A DNA stretch of 64,000 bases from Octopus sinensis (GCF_006345805.1 NC_043002.1:100812001-100876000); one strand, 5' to 3'. Counted from the first letter of the stretch, positions 26,104-40,320 are shown. The notes: generated by a model not told the origin, from the letters alone. A program made the numbers and translations.

Positions 26104-26244
26104 GTTGTCCGGGAGGATGTATCGACGACATTTTTTTTTGCCGCGATTTTAAAGAAGAATGGGTGGAAACGAAATCCGATATATGTGCCAAGCAAATATG
26201 CGACAAGTTTGATGGTAAACTGAAAATAAAGGTAAAAGAGTTCT
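26104..26244 (+). CDS. Second coding exon (Cys module 1) of the predicted secreted protein
   Basis: Acceptor tatttttctttAG (26102-26103); 141-nt phase 1-1 exon reading (S)CPGGCIDDIFFCRDFKEEWVETKSDICAKQICDKFDGKLKIKVKEF+T; donor GTAAGT at 26245. An alternative phase-1 donor G|GTAAAC after 26214 is also frame-compatible. Confidence 0.8.
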
Positions 26245-26710
26245 GTAAGTCGACAAAAAAACAATTTCCTTTCTTCCCTTCACTGCGTGTTTAATGTATC
26301 AAAATCCCAACGAAGGTTTATATTTGCTTTGTTTCAAATGGGATAGGCCTTGTTCGATAGCTCTTAATTACTGACCATCTGCTAGCGTTAATTGTGAGAT
26401 TGATGTACCCAAGCTCCCAGAAGGTCAATTCTTGATTAAAAGCAAAAACGAGGTGTCGAAAATGCTCATTTTTCTTAACTTGACTTTCCATTTTAATGAT
26501 CTGAAAATAAATAAAAATTGACTAAAATTAACTAGAAAGAAAAACAAAATATTTTCCAAAATTATTCAAAAATAGAAAACTCGTAAAAAATAGATTCCAA
26601 AATTAAAAAAAAACGGAGGTGAACTTAGTTGCCAACCCAATACAAAAGAGAATGCAACTTAATTAATTAAAACATTAAATGCGTGATTTAAACTCAGAAG
26701 TATCTCCTCA

Positions 26711-26759
<49 letters not shown>

Positions 26760-26876
26760 TTTTAATTTATTATATAGAAGGAGCTTCTACAGGACTAGTA
26801 CTGTTTCATTCAAGAGAAATCTTATATATATATATATATATATGTATACGAGAAAGAAGCAACAAGAATGGATTAG

Positions 26877-26968
26877 TTTTTAGTACAATTGTTTCATACA
26901 AAGACAGGCTTTATTAAAAGTTGCAAAAATTGCAGCAGATAAAAGTGTCCCGTACTCATCAGCTAAAA
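26877..26968 (-). ncRNA. Type I hammerhead ribozyme motif (Penelope pLTR type)
   Basis: Minus strand: ttttag CTGATGA gtacgggaca...tgtctttgtat GAAA CAATTG TA ctaaaa. Stem I is 6 bp, both core boxes are intact, stem III is palindromic, and the cleavage triplet is GUA. Confidence 0.7.
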
Positions 26969-27396
26969 TACATATGAGTTCTCCAAACATCTTAGTGGGT
27001 GAGGCTATACTCATGAAGTATTGGAGATAATTTCATTAAAGGCAGATTTAGGTTGCAAACAGATTTCCAAAGTTCTTTAATGATGATGTACAGTCTTATC
27101 ACAGGTTCTTAAAACCTTATTAGCTTCACAGAGAAGGTGAATTAATCCGTAGTGTAGATGTAAATTTCCAGAGATATGAGGAGGAATTTCATACTCACAG
27201 ACGATGAATTTATCCATGGTTAATCCACAATCATTTCATGGTATATGATAAGGTATTTGTCACATTACTGTTCTCCACGCACAACTGCTATGTTATGACT
27301 TCTAAAGGTTGAAGGAATTTTTTGTGGAGCAAAGAAAAGAAAAGAAAGGAAAAAGGAGAAAAGAGACATGGAATTGACTTGAATCTTAATTGCTTT

Positions 27397-27648
<252 letters not shown>

Positions 27649-27811
27649 TATATTAATTAACTAACGACAAGAAGGATTTTGATATTAAACTTTATGTGTG
27701 TGACTGCATTCAAAAGATTCTGTTGCATCGTCCTTGCAGTCTGGGTCTCATCAGGTACATTGATGCAGTTGTGTCTCACTAAACATTTTATATATATATA
27801 TACATAGCTGG

Positions 27812-28976
27812 AAAACTTGAAGAGTGGTTAGGTTACATGACTTTCTGAAAGAAGTCAGGCAGTCGAGGCCAACGGAACCACCTCAAAGAAAACACAAATA
27901 TTTAGCGGTGTTCTAGAGGGCACTGTCTTGCGACCACTACTTTTCATAGTGGCCCTCTCCGATATGCGTTCAACTGCCCGGATAGCCATCCTTGTTACCT
28001 ACGCAGACGATACGCTTATATCAGAGAAAAGTCTCACAGAAAATACAGAATACCAGCGATGTTGCACACCTGCAGCAGAAGTTGGAGGCAATTTACAGAT
28101 GGGCTGAAGACAATAATATGCAGTTTAGTGCTGAAAAATTCCAAGCCCTGCACTACCAACGTCCAAAACCGAATATAATACTGACAGGGTAGACTGGTAC
28201 ACAGGGAATTACAATCCCAGGGCCCAAATCAGCGAGGGACATGGGTACGACATGAATGATGATACTTCTTTCCAAGTCCACATTCCCAGCATGGTGACAA
28301 ATTGCAGACGACTGGCTGGATGGAACCTGAGAACGTTGAGAAACAGAGAGAAGGAAACCGTGATTATTCTCTGGAGGACATTCGTCCTCAGCTGCCTGCA
28401 CTATTGCTCCCAACTACGGTCACCCAACAGTGTAAAATTACAGCAGGCCTTGAAGCAATCCAGCGAAGCTTCACAAAGTAGATCGTCTCGTTGCGAGAGT
28501 TCAGCTATTGAGAAAGCCTGAAACAGCTAAGACTCCACTCCCTGGAGCGAAGGTGGGTGAGGTATACAATAATATACATCTGGAAGATCCTTGAAGGAAT
28601 TGTGCCAAATTTTGTCATTCAAAGCTACACCAATGCAGAGAACGAGTCGAAAGTGCAGAGTGCCAAAATGGCAGCAACGCCATCACGCTTCAGGACCAGT
28701 TACTGCAACAGCCTGGGTTTCAGGGGCCAACAGCTTTTTAATATTCTCCCAAAGAGTGTGAGGGACCTACACAAAGTGGATGTAGGTACTTCAGATCAAA
28801 ACTGGACCTCTTCCTTTTGAGTGTCCTAGGTGAACCTACCTCGCGGCAAGGGGTTCAAATGAAGGTAGTGACATCAATCACTCTTATTCACTACATGTCA
28901 CATATTAGAGAAGGCTCTCAATAATAACAGTGTAGCAAAACGGTGGTGCCCCGCAGCTTTGAGCTGAAACTACAAA
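27812..28976 (+). mobile_element. CR1/L2-group LINE, 5'-truncated and internally deleted
   Basis: TYADDT, FSAEKFQALHY, LWRTFVLSCLHYCSQL, IYIWKILEG; same 3' end (gagctgaaactac) as the other copies. Confidence 0.85.
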
Positions 28977-29000
28977 AAATGTGTATGTATGTATGTATGT

Positions 29001-29515
29001 ATGTCAGGTCACTTTCGAGTGCTACTGGTAACATGTAACCCAGTACTCCCTTTTGCATGGTCGGGTCGTCGGCGACTAAACCGGCAACCCCACTAAGCTC
29101 GCTTGGTGAGGAGGGTGTTTATTGGTCACCCTGCGGGATGAAAAACAAAACCCGTCAAAGGGCGGAGGAACTCTTGAGAGTCAACGGCCATCCAATAAAT
29201 GTCTTAAAGCTGTATCATGCGCGGGGACATATAAATAATCGGATTGAATACCGATCGCGCAGTTAACCATCGGGAGTGAAGGACTCCTAGCCTTTGTTAG
29301 GGCATCCTTCTAGGAGAAGGCAACTCAGGTAACTGGGATAACTCCGACATAAAACCTGCGGCTCAGTGTGTACCGATTATGTTGACTTGTTCTTCTTTTG
29401 GGATTATGGCTGCTGTTGCTTAGTGAGTGGGATTGACTCAGTGCACAGTCTTTCCTCACTTAAAAAAAATATCTTCTTGCGCAGGCATTGCACGATAACA
29501 ACATTGATTAAGCTT
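29001..29515 (+). mobile_element. RTE 5'UTR-only copy
   Basis: Collinear with the reverse complement of about 10050-10710; flanked by (ATGT)n on both sides; no ORF. Confidence 0.8.
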
Positions 29516-29599
29516 CGTGCAATGGCCATACTCAATAACGAGAGGACAGCCACCATGTATGTATGTATGTATGTATTTATTTATGCATGTATGTATAGC

Positions 29600-29808
<209 letters not shown>

Positions 29809-31425
29809 AATAAGTTGAAGCAATCTTTCAACAAGTGATCACTGTTTCGCTACAATTGTTTCTGTACCAACTCTCTTTGCGACTCCAGCTTAAGCGATAA
29901 TCGAAATGGAGATTTACGTAGTAATAGCGCTTTTAGACATTAGTGTGGCACTTCATCAGACTTTCATCAATAATGCACTCTTACATTGCATGTCTTCCAA
30001 TCATTTTCTTCTTTTACTTTTTGTTTTGCTTATATCAGAGAAAATTTTTTAAAAAATATTCTCAGAACGGTCAGTCTGTACAACATCCTCACCGGTACCA
30101 AATACCATTTCAGGGGTATATAATTATTTTAATTTACCTCTAGAGATAACGTTAGGCAGACACAAGAAACGACGGACAAAACTGATTACAAAGACAACAA
30201 ATAAGTATAGTGAGAGGATATTTAGAAGAACTAAAAATTATAAGAATAATGACATTTGTGATACGTGTTGGGAGAGGATGATGTTGATAGTAGGAGAATG
30301 CCGTAAACTACTTGTTAGCAGCGGACGTATCCTGGTGGACTTAGAATGTGATATGGTGAGACATAAAAGGGAAAATGAAATCAAAAAAGGGAGAATGTTA
30401 ATGGGGTGCGTGTGCCCTGAAGAGTTAAAGCAGTAAAGTAGAATTTAGAATCGAAGACAAAGATGGCCAAGAAAGTTACAAACTCTGATCGTTTTGAACG
30501 AATATAGCTTAGGTGAATTGAAGATAAATAAAATACAGGAAATAGAGGAATAAGGAAAATATTGGAAAAATAAATTCCGAATTAATTACAGAATAGAAAG
30601 AAACTGGCGTAAAATATATAGTGTTAAGATTAAGAATTAAGAAAAGAAGATTATAATTAGTAGAAGTAAAATATTATATAAGTTATGCAATAAATTGCTA
30701 ATATTTTATTAATAGAGGAGTTGATGGGACAAAGTGAGTGATAAATGATAGTTAAGAAGGAATAAAGATAGAACAGCCCTATAAAGGGGACTGCAGAAGG
30801 ACAGGATTGGGATAAAATATAGAAAGTTAAAAATTATTAACAAAACCTACAAGTAAGTGTATATAAAAATTATAAATTATAAAAATATATTAAGAAGTGA
30901 ATAGTACGTTTAAATATTTAAAGAATAAATGTTTAGAATTATCAGAATTTAATATACCATATAAATGATGTAGTAAAATGCTAATTCTCTTGTACCAAAT
31001 TAAAGTGATCACACGTACTTTGATTGCATACAAGGTATGAAAACGATTATTTTACTTTATTCCGATTTAGGAATATGAACTCAATATAAAAAAGTGAATA
31101 ATAATTTACGTTAAATAAACATATATACCAGGATATCACTAATTGAAACGATGAGAGGGCAAAATTGTTAGCACGTCGGGCATATTCACTTATCGGAATT
31201 TTTTCTACCTTTCTGACAAGAATTTAAATTTCTCTTAGATTTTGCATTCGATCCCTTCCAGGTCGATAAAATAAGTCCCAATTAAACATTAGAGTTATTG
31301 TAATCGATTTCATAGTCCCCCTGAAATTGCTGATATTTTGCCAAAGTCTTAGACTAGTGTAGGCATAATTATGTCATAAAAATAGTTTTAATAGAATAAT
31401 TAATATATTTTCTTATCAACAACAG

Positions 31426-31580
31426 ATTGTAAGTGGGATGATGGTGGATGTGTTGCTAAAAGTACAAAATGGAGTGTCGTCAGGGCCGGCGGGTCTTGCT
31501 GGTCTTACACCTGCGACTATAAAGGAAAAACAGACGTTAGAGCCGAAAAGAAATTTCTCGGAAAATGTTCACCTCTGTGA
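31426..31580 (+). CDS. Third coding exon (Cys module 2) of the predicted secreted protein
   Basis: Acceptor tttcttatcaacaacAG (31424-31425), phase 1 start; reads (Y)CKWDDGGCVAKSTKWSVVRAGGSCWSYTCDYKGKTDVRAEKKFLGKCSPL then TGA (31578-31580). A possible donor GTGAGT at 31577 overlaps the stop, so a short further exon cannot be excluded. Confidence 0.8.
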
Positions 31581-32011
31581 GTATTTATGTGAAGCTATTA
31601 AAATTACTTCATATATTACATTTTCTCAATATCATTGTTGCGTTGACCTTTTTGCAACATTTCCTCTTCTGTTCTAAATTTAGCTCAAACTTTGAAGTGA
31701 AGATACAAATCTGAGGATTTCGAGTTGAACATTAAAAATACATTTAAAATACCTTTTTTTAAAAAATTTATAATGTGCTTGTCTTTTTGTTTGTCAGAGA
31801 AGCCCATATCACACTGTTTACTATTTCTCAAGTAGATCATGACTGCTGCTATATTTTCAATATACAGGATATTCCATTATAGTTTTTCTTAGCCAATTTT
31901 TCATCAGAACTAGAGAGTAAAATAACTACATGCTTCTTCCTATTATCATAGCAGATTGAACATAGGGAGAAAATATCCCAACCATAATTTGGAGTGGCGA
32001 ACGCCTTCTTC

Positions 32012-32440
32012 AAGGCAACGAGATGGCAGAAACGTTAGCACGCCGGGCGAAATGCGTAGCCGTATTTCGTCTGCCGTTACGTTCTAGGTTCAAATTCCGC
32101 CGAGGTCGACTTTGCCTTTCATCCTTTCCGGGTCGATAAATTAAGTACCAGTTACGCACTGAGGTCGATATAATCGACTTAATCCGTTTGTCTGTCCTTG
32201 TTTGTTCTCTCGGTGTTTAGCCCCTTGTGGGTAGTAAAGAAATAGGTATTTCGTCGGCCGCTACGTTCTGAGTTCAAATTCCGCCGACGTCGACTTTGCC
32301 TTTCATCCTTTCGGGGTCGATAAATTAAGTACCAGTTACGCACTGGGGTCGATATAATCGACTTAATCCGTTTGTCTGTCCTCGTTTGTCTGTCCTCGTT
32401 TGTCCTCTCTGCGTTTAGCCCCTTGTGGGTAGTAAAGAAA
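32012..32440 (+). mobile_element. SINE family B, dimeric
   Basis: Two tandem units, each with gttcaaattccgccga..gtcgactttgcctttcatcc...agccccttgtgggtagtaaagaaa. Confidence 0.9.
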
Positions 32441-33185
32441 AGAGAAGAGAATCATAATGGGGATCATGAGATGGTAACATTGCTACATTTATCTATCTCC
32501 TTATCACCATCAAAAGCTCTAATGCAGCTAATTTTCCACGTCCACTAAGAATTAAAACAACGGGAAATTAAGAGTTAAGTTCTTGCTGCTGATCATGAAT
32601 TAATTAATGCCAGATATTCTTCCCTACCCTTAATATACTGTGGCTATAAATTCGGTATGGCCACATTAAGGAACAAGTCTCAGAAGATGTCAGTAAGATA
32701 GGTGTTTATCCCCAGAAATAGGGAGGGTGATGGTGACATAAACTATTTTAATATTGTCAGTTGAAAGGGTCCTAAAATAGAAGACAAAGGAGGTCAGAGT
32801 AAGATCTAAATGGGTATTAAAGGTTCAGGGGAAAATTTATATCCAAAATTTAGAATGATTTATATATTGTATTTTGTACAGTCTATATACATTACTCTTT
32901 TACTCGTTTCAGAAAGCCGAAGTCGGCTGCGGTCATACTGGTGCAGCATCTTATATTTTATTCTTTTGTTTCAGACATGTGACTAAGGCTGCTCCGAAAG
33001 AAAAGCATGGAATACCATAGTCATCTCTAATATGTTTGCCAGAAAGATAGAGCTCGCTCTCCTACACGAAAGTTAATACCCATTTCTTATTTATGTTCAC
33101 CACAATCGAAATGAGTAAACTTCAAAATTCATAGTACACGTTTGGCAGCTGTTTTGACCCCTGTCGACGACGGCAGTATCTGGTA

Positions 33186-33186
<1 letters not shown>

Positions 33187-33222
<36 letters not shown>

Positions 33223-33356
33223 ACACACACACACACACTCACACACACACATATATATATATATATATGTATCTGTGTGTGTATGTGTACATATACATAT
33301 ATTCATATATATATATATATATATTGTTATATTTCGGAATGGTCAAATATATAAAC

Positions 33357-33424
<68 letters not shown>

Positions 33425-33445
33425 ATATATTATATATATAATATA

Positions 33446-33514
<69 letters not shown>

Positions 33515-33516
33515 GC

Positions 33517-33563
<47 letters not shown>

Positions 33564-33642
33564 TGCATGCATGCATGTATGTATGTATGTATGTATGTAT
33601 GTATGTATGTATGTATGCATGTATGTATGTATGTATGTGTGT
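33187..33642. repeat. (CA)n/(TA)n/(TATG)n microsatellite block
   Basis: Direct reading. Confidence 0.97.
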
Positions 33643-33789
33643 ATATTAAAGTTGGGGGTTACCGCACGAATATGTGTTTGTGAATGCGTGTAGGTGGTGT
33701 GCGTGTGTATAGGAATTAGACTATAACCGAGTTGCTCCGACACCGTTCGATAGTCCAATATATTTTTTAAGATATAAGAGTAGGTTTAA

Positions 33790-34935
33790 CTGTGGTATGT
33801 ATTTTGGTTGTCGATTGCCCTTAGCCCGTCCTATTCCATTAAAAATTAATGATGATGGGTACTATCTTTCCATTAGAATTCCATTTAATTCTTGGAGTCT
33901 TTTCTCGCGCGCGTCATAATTTGAGACAACTGTACAAATTCTTCTCACTAGATCAAAAGGAATGATTATCTTCATGTGGTTGGAGGTAAACAGAAAATAT
34001 TGCTTAGAATCAGTCGGTTTGTAGAGGACATCAGCTTCAACGTTTTTGTCATTTTTATGATTAAGTTATCTAGAAATGGCAGTTTGTCTTGACTATATTC
34101 CATTGTGAATTGTATATAATTATTGAAGCTGTTTATTAGGTCTTTGATTTCATTGAGTTGGTCGAATGTGTGAGACCATAGAATGAGGCAGTCATCCAAG
34201 TAGCGCTTCCAATTTTCAAACACTTGTAGAAATTCAGGCCGTATTTTAATTTTGACTGTTCATATATTTTCAACTTCTAGGTAAGCCATAACTATATTAG
34301 CGTAATTTGGAGCAACTTTTATACCCATCAGAGTCCCTGATATCTATTTATAGGTTTTATCGTTAAAGTTAAAATAGTTCTTTTGCAAAATGAACTTAGG
34401 TCCCTCGAGGATAAGATCTTTTTCTATTCTTCCCGGAATCATACTGGAATATTTTCCCAGACAGTATTGTATTGCTTCCTGTCCGTATTAGTGTGGAATA
34501 GTAGCGTAGAGTTTTATCGCATCAAAAGAGAAGATGAAAATGTCCCTGCTGGCCTGTTTGGGGAGGTGGTTTAGAAAATCCTGGTCATCTCATATAATAC
34601 TTAGTATGTGTTTGACAATTAGTTTTAGCAGTATGTCTATAAAATTGCTTAAACTGTGTGCTTCACAATTTTGGTCTGCCACAATTGGTCTCAGTTTGAA
34701 GTCAGTGGGATGTGGTGCATTGACGTAGGTGGAGGTGCACTTTTGCAAGCTTTGTTAATCATTTTGCTCCTGTGGATTTTCGGATGTCCGCAGAGGTTGC
34801 TGGTTTTGCATTTAGCATGTGTTAAATGGGCACATTCATTTTCCTTACTTTTTGATTTTAGAAAACGGGTGCGTTTAATTTGATCGTTGATTTTGCTGGT
34901 TGTTGTCTATACTTTCATGGTGAGTAGTATCTTCT
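33790..34935 (-). mobile_element. Penelope-like RT fragment
   Basis: GTLMGIKVAPNYANI, WKRYLDDCLILW, IQFTMEYSQDKLPFLD. Confidence 0.85.
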
Positions 34936-35109
34936 AAGAGGTGAGAGACAGAATTGTTTTAGTATTTATTATTCACAATGAAAGCAGTACTTCCCTTAAT
35001 CCCTCCCTTCATTATGACATCATTATTGTTTTTTAAATCGTGGATGATCTCCCATTCATTTTGACTGGATTGGATTTGGATTGAGGTTGGCTGCCATCAA
35101 CCACATTGC

Positions 35110-36530
35110 TTTTTTAAAAAAGAAGACAACAAGCGGAATGGTTAGTATTCATAAAACCCTACCGGAAAGAATTAAGATCTGAGTCATACATTAATTTACG
35201 TGATGACATCGATAACAAAATTGCTGATGAAGACATTGAGAAATTGTCCATCCTTCCACTCATGTTTATTGGTAGACCCAGATATGTGCCATGACATATA
35301 TTAGGAACGTTGGTAGATCAGACCTATTCATAACTCTGAAATGTATTCCGAAGTGGAAAGAGATTCAAAATGGATTGCTTCCAGGTCAAACACATGTAAA
35401 TATATACCACCTCACTCATAGGTCTTCCAGACAGAAAGTGTTGAAAGTGATGGATGTCATGACAAAGGGAAATATCTTTGGACCGATCAGTTGTCATACG
35501 CACACAACTGAATGGCAGTAACCTCATGCATTCATTCTTATTTGGCTTCATGAAAAAATTCATTCTGACCAAATTGACAGAATAATATCTGCAAATCTAC
35601 CCAATCCATCTAAAGACAAAGCATTGTATGAAATAGTTAAGATTCAAATGGTACATGGCCCATGTGGAGCTCTTAACAATAATTGACCCTGTATGCACGA
35701 CAATAGATACCACAGAGAAATATCAACGAAGTTCTTTGAAAGGCTATCATGTTTGAAAGACACTCAACGATAGATATGTAACTTAAAAAAGAAGGAATCC
35801 TTGAGAATTAGATTCTCAAACAAAAGTTGGACAATTTCAAATTGGCAATAGGTGGACTGTTCCATATAACCCATTGTTACTCAAAATATCTAATGTTCAT
35901 ATCAATTTTGAATTTTACAACTCGGGTGAAATCCATAAAATATGTTTGCAAATATGTCAACAAAGGATCCGATACTGCAATGTTTGCTCTACAGAGACAG
36001 GATGTTCAAGATGAAGTCAGAATATATGAAAGCAAGGTAGATGCATCAGCAGAAAGGAAGCATTTTGGAGAATACTTGCACTTCCATTACAGGACCGTTA
36101 TTGTTCATATATTGGAAATCTGAATATTCTCCAAAATGCTTTATTGATGCTGAAGGTTTCTACCATATTCATATATACAGACTTTATCATAAACATCCTG
36201 CCTTTGAAGAGCAAACATTCAACAGTCGGCTGTTTGTCTGAAAAATGAGCAACGTCTCTATATCACAGCTGCAATCGCCGCTCAACAGTCATTGGTTCCT
36301 AAAGAAACTACTCTAACAGCTTATTTCAAACTTTGCCACGACGACGATCCATTTGCAATGAAAATTTATTGTTACAGACTACCATCTTAATACACATAAT
36401 TAGCAAGAGAAGACGCGCAAAAGTGGTGCACCTGTTAAAACTCATCCCGATCAGATTGAATAGTGCTTTTGGAAGATTTTTACCCAGTACATCTTAATCA
36501 AAATGGGTGTCTCTACATAAGGATCCATAT
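35110..36530 (+). mobile_element. Helitron Rep (HUH) domain remnant
   Basis: SILPLMFIGRPRY, GRSDLFITLKCIPKWKEI, EWQ*PHAFILIWL (HUH region), MVHGPCG, NRWTVPYNPLLLK, SIKYVCKYVNKGSD. Confidence 0.9.
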
Positions 36531-37689
36531 TTGTTTATGCGTTTCTATTTGTCTATATATTAAACCGGAAAAATAAATAAATACATTTTGCTTTGTCAGC
36601 GCGATTACTCTGTCTCATACCTCCCTGGGCAATCGAAACAGCACATTGTAATTGTATTGTTGAATGACTGTAAAGTTGCAAAGGTTTTATTTATATTCTA
36701 TTAAAATCTTTACTTTATAATTAACATCTCTTGACAATTATATTTGGAAATATTTGTTCTTGTATATAAGTAAAAGTTTTGTATATCTTCACTTTTATAG
36801 CTAGAGAGACTGACCAGTTGAAAACCGAAACCAACGCCAAACCAGTTTACAATAAATTGATGAGGAATAAACTCATTTAAGTAACTAATGTAATAAACTA
36901 GTTTCAGAGCCAATTCTTCAGTTTCTTTTTGTTTTGTTTTTCCTATATATACTGTGATCTTTATGCTTGTTAGAAACCGTAACAACAAAAATTTGATTAA
37001 CACGCAACATTTACTTTCGCTCTGCCGATCATTCATGTGACCCTTACCGGTATTCTTCAATGCCACCAAGTCAATCTTCAGCCTTTCTTTTTCTTCAACT
37101 GCCCCTTGTTTTCAGTATACCATCCATCGTACCCCACTCAGACCGATGCTCCACCGACCAACTTTATCTCATCACCATACTATCACTTACATCCAATACC
37201 CAAACACACAGACGCCACTGCCCAGCACATCCTCACAGCTATCGCTTACACACATGCATACGCATACAACCTGTTCTCCACCTGACTACCGCCTCTACAT
37301 ACACCAACACGTCCACACATACATAATGTCTTACACTCTAATGATATGATGTATCTACCCAGACATACCGGCTCTCTGTTTCACGTACACCCATTCGCAT
37401 AGACACACACGTAATAAATTGCACTTATTCTCTACCGTAAACCCACATAAAACCCCATACCTGTTCTAGAATGCACACCTCGCACACATACCATCATTTC
37501 CTCTGTGCTTTACAGCTGTCCTTTAATTATTCATCCGTGGATCAACAATTGCTCAAGACAATAATTAATCTTTCCAACTGATATTTCAAGTCGCGTAATA
37601 CAAGCACGGACCGACACAAAAACTTGCAACGCACTCACACACGCCCCCGCTTCGCTAAACTCCTTCTTCCTTCGCTAATACTAAAAAAG

Positions 37690-38305
37690 CATGAAGTGCT
37701 TGAAAAACTATACGTTTTAACACTTGCTGGACCAAATTGAAACACCGAAAGCCTTCCCTACGCCCGAGCTCTTCAAAAAGAAAGTTATGTTGACTATTTG
37801 GTGGTGCACTGCTTGACTCATCCACTATAACTTCTTAAAACACGGAAAAATACATTACTGAAGAATCATATTGCCATGAAATTGCCAAAATAAACGAAAA
37901 ACTGCCACTCCTCCATTCTAGACCGGTCAACAGAAGAAGGCCAATCATTTTTTATGACAAGGCCCGACGACATGTTTCACTAATGACGCACCAGATGTCG
38001 AGGGAATTTAGCTACGAAGTTCTTCCCCACGCAGGTTATTCCACAGAGTTTTCTTCTACCGATGGTTTCCTGCGAGAGAAGTAGTTCAAAAATCAAACCA
38101 ATGCTGAAAGTGAATTCAAAGAGTTCATCAGCTCCGAAACTCCAGCTTTTTATGTTACCAGAATAAACAAACTTGGAACTCGTTGGCAAAATCATGTTGA
38201 TTGTAATGGTCCTTACTTTGGTGACTAAAATTTCCGCATTGTATAGATATATTGTGATGAATTTCATGTTTTAAAACGTTGCTTACTTTTTACTAAGCCT
38301 GGTAG
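37690..38305 (+). mobile_element. Mariner (Mos1-like) transposase 3' remnant
   Basis: KKVMLTIWW, LIHYNFLKHG, PIIFYDKARRH, EVLPHAGYS; ends with the TIR-like ttactttttactaagcctggta. Confidence 0.85.
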
Positions 38306-38309
38306 AACG

Positions 38310-39860
38310 AAATCATAGATAAATATGAGAAGAGTGCTTGCAGTGGAGATAGCACGGGAATTCGACCGAAGCATATCGACGTTTTGCACCATCTTGAAGA
38401 AAAACGACGAGATGAAGGCTGTTACAGTAGTAAAGGGTGTCTGACTCCAGGCTCTCTAAGTAACTCACTTCTGTCCACGAAAGGACGGGAAAATTGCATC
38501 TCCTGAAGCAACTCGCAGAGGATACGATTACATAGACCATCATCTGCGGGAAAGGACGGGCGCTGTATGGAAATCTCCTGAATAAGAACCCTGGAACATC
38601 GACAGAGGAAACATTAGCAGACGCATATGAAACCAGTCGTGGCTGCTGTCATAATTTAAAGAAGAGGACTGGTGTTCATAGCGTCGTCAAGTATACAGAG
38701 GCAGCGAGTTCTGACACGAAAGCAGCTGAAGATTTCGTGCGTGAGTTCCGTCAGCTCATCGCAGCCGAGGGGTACACAACTGGTAGTCAACTGTGGTGAA
38801 ACTGACCTTTTTTGGAAAGAAATGCCCAGAACATACATATCTTTAGACGAGAAAAAATTCCAGGCTAAATATCGTCCTTCGTGCCAATGTGAGTGGAGAC
38901 ATGAAGATTAAGATACTCCTTGTTTACCGTTCCGAAACCCCTGCGCGTTCAAGTCGCACAAAATCCCGAAGGAGAAGCTGCAGGTCATGTGGAGGACAAA
39001 CGTTAAACCCTGGGTAACCAGGCAATTCTTCTTAAATTTATTTTCCGTACCTTTCACTCAACACTACCCCTATCTTGCAGCCCAGAGGCCAACAGGTGAT
39101 TTTTAATTTTAAAAAGTTGAATACCAAACACCTGTTTCCTCGGTCCTTTGGATTCACCGGAAATACAAATCTAACCCTTCGTGAGTTTTGAAATGAGCAC
39201 TGCAGCATTGTATACTGCCTGAAAATCATCAATATAGCCTGGCATGGTGTAACGAGAACACTGGATTCTGCATGGAGTAAACTGTGGTCTAACTGCGTAT
39301 CTGAAAACGTCTTCGAAGAGTTTGAGTCTCAGATACCTGTAGTTGAGGAGATAGTTTCTCATAGGAAGTCCATGGGCCTTTCGGTTAATGGGGGACAGTA
39401 ACGATCTCATCGAGGAGCTGACTCAGAGAAGCTGACGACAGATGAACTCCTACAGCTTCAGGAGCAGGAGCATTTGGATGCGGTGGAAGAGATAGGTTCC
39501 TCAAAGGAGAACAGTGAAGCGGAAAATACTGAGGGGAATGTAGCGAAGAATACCGAGTGACATACATGCAGTGTTTGCAAAGTCGCAGTATGTTTCTGAA
39601 TTTGTAGATAAATATCATCCTGTAAAAGTAGCTACAGATCGTACAGCTGTTTAATTTAATGACTCTGCTCTGGCGCATTTTCGTAACATTTTGGAAGGCA
39701 GGAAAAAGCAGGCTTATCTTGATATGTTTCTAATGCAAAGACCTGCAAATTAAAAAAAGTGGTGAACGTGTATCCAAAAATATTAAATGAAGTGAAGTGA
39801 GAGAGAAAATGCTAGAAATTGTTCTTCCTCAAGTTTTAATGAAATGGAATTCTCCTTCCC
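38310..39860 (+). mobile_element. Tigger/pogo (CENP-B type) transposase remnant
   Basis: NFKKRTGVHSVV..EAASSDTKAAEDFVREFRQLI, VNCGETDLFWKEMP, VMWRTNVKPWVTRQFF; its 3' part enters the palindrome arm. Confidence 0.85.
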
Positions 39861-39923
39861 GCTCTATCGTCTTCCCCGCGCACATATCGTTCCATCTTTA
39901 AGGTAATTCAGTTAATATAATCC

Positions 39924-40320
39924 AAGGCGGCGACCTGGCAAAATCGTTAGCACGCCAGGCGACAAGCTTAACGGTATTTCGTCTGTCTTTATGTTCTGAG
40001 TTCAAAATTCCGCCGAGGTCGACTTTGCCTTTCATCCTTTCGGGGTCGATAAATTAAGTACAATTTACGCACTGGAGTCGATGTAATCGACTTAATACCT
40101 ATGTCTGTCCTTGTTTGGCCCCTCTATGTTTAGCCCCTTGTGGGTAATAAAGAAATAGGTATATCATTTGTCTTTACGTTCTGAGTTCAAATTCCGCCGA
40201 GGTCAAATTTGCCTTTCATCCTTTCGGCGTCGATAAATTAAGTACCGGTTGCGTATTGGGATCGATCTTATCAACTGGCACCTTCCCCCAAGATTTCCGG
40301 TTTTGTTCTTCGAGTAGAAA
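39924..40320 (+). mobile_element. SINE family B dimer (left arm)
   Basis: Same dimeric layout as 32012-32440. Confidence 0.88.

Noticed and set aside
31798-31882. Candidate fourth exon after ttgtttgtcAG (would add LEAHITL...DCCYIF...)
   Set aside because: Exon 3 already has an in-frame TGA, several acceptors are equally plausible, and nothing selects among them.
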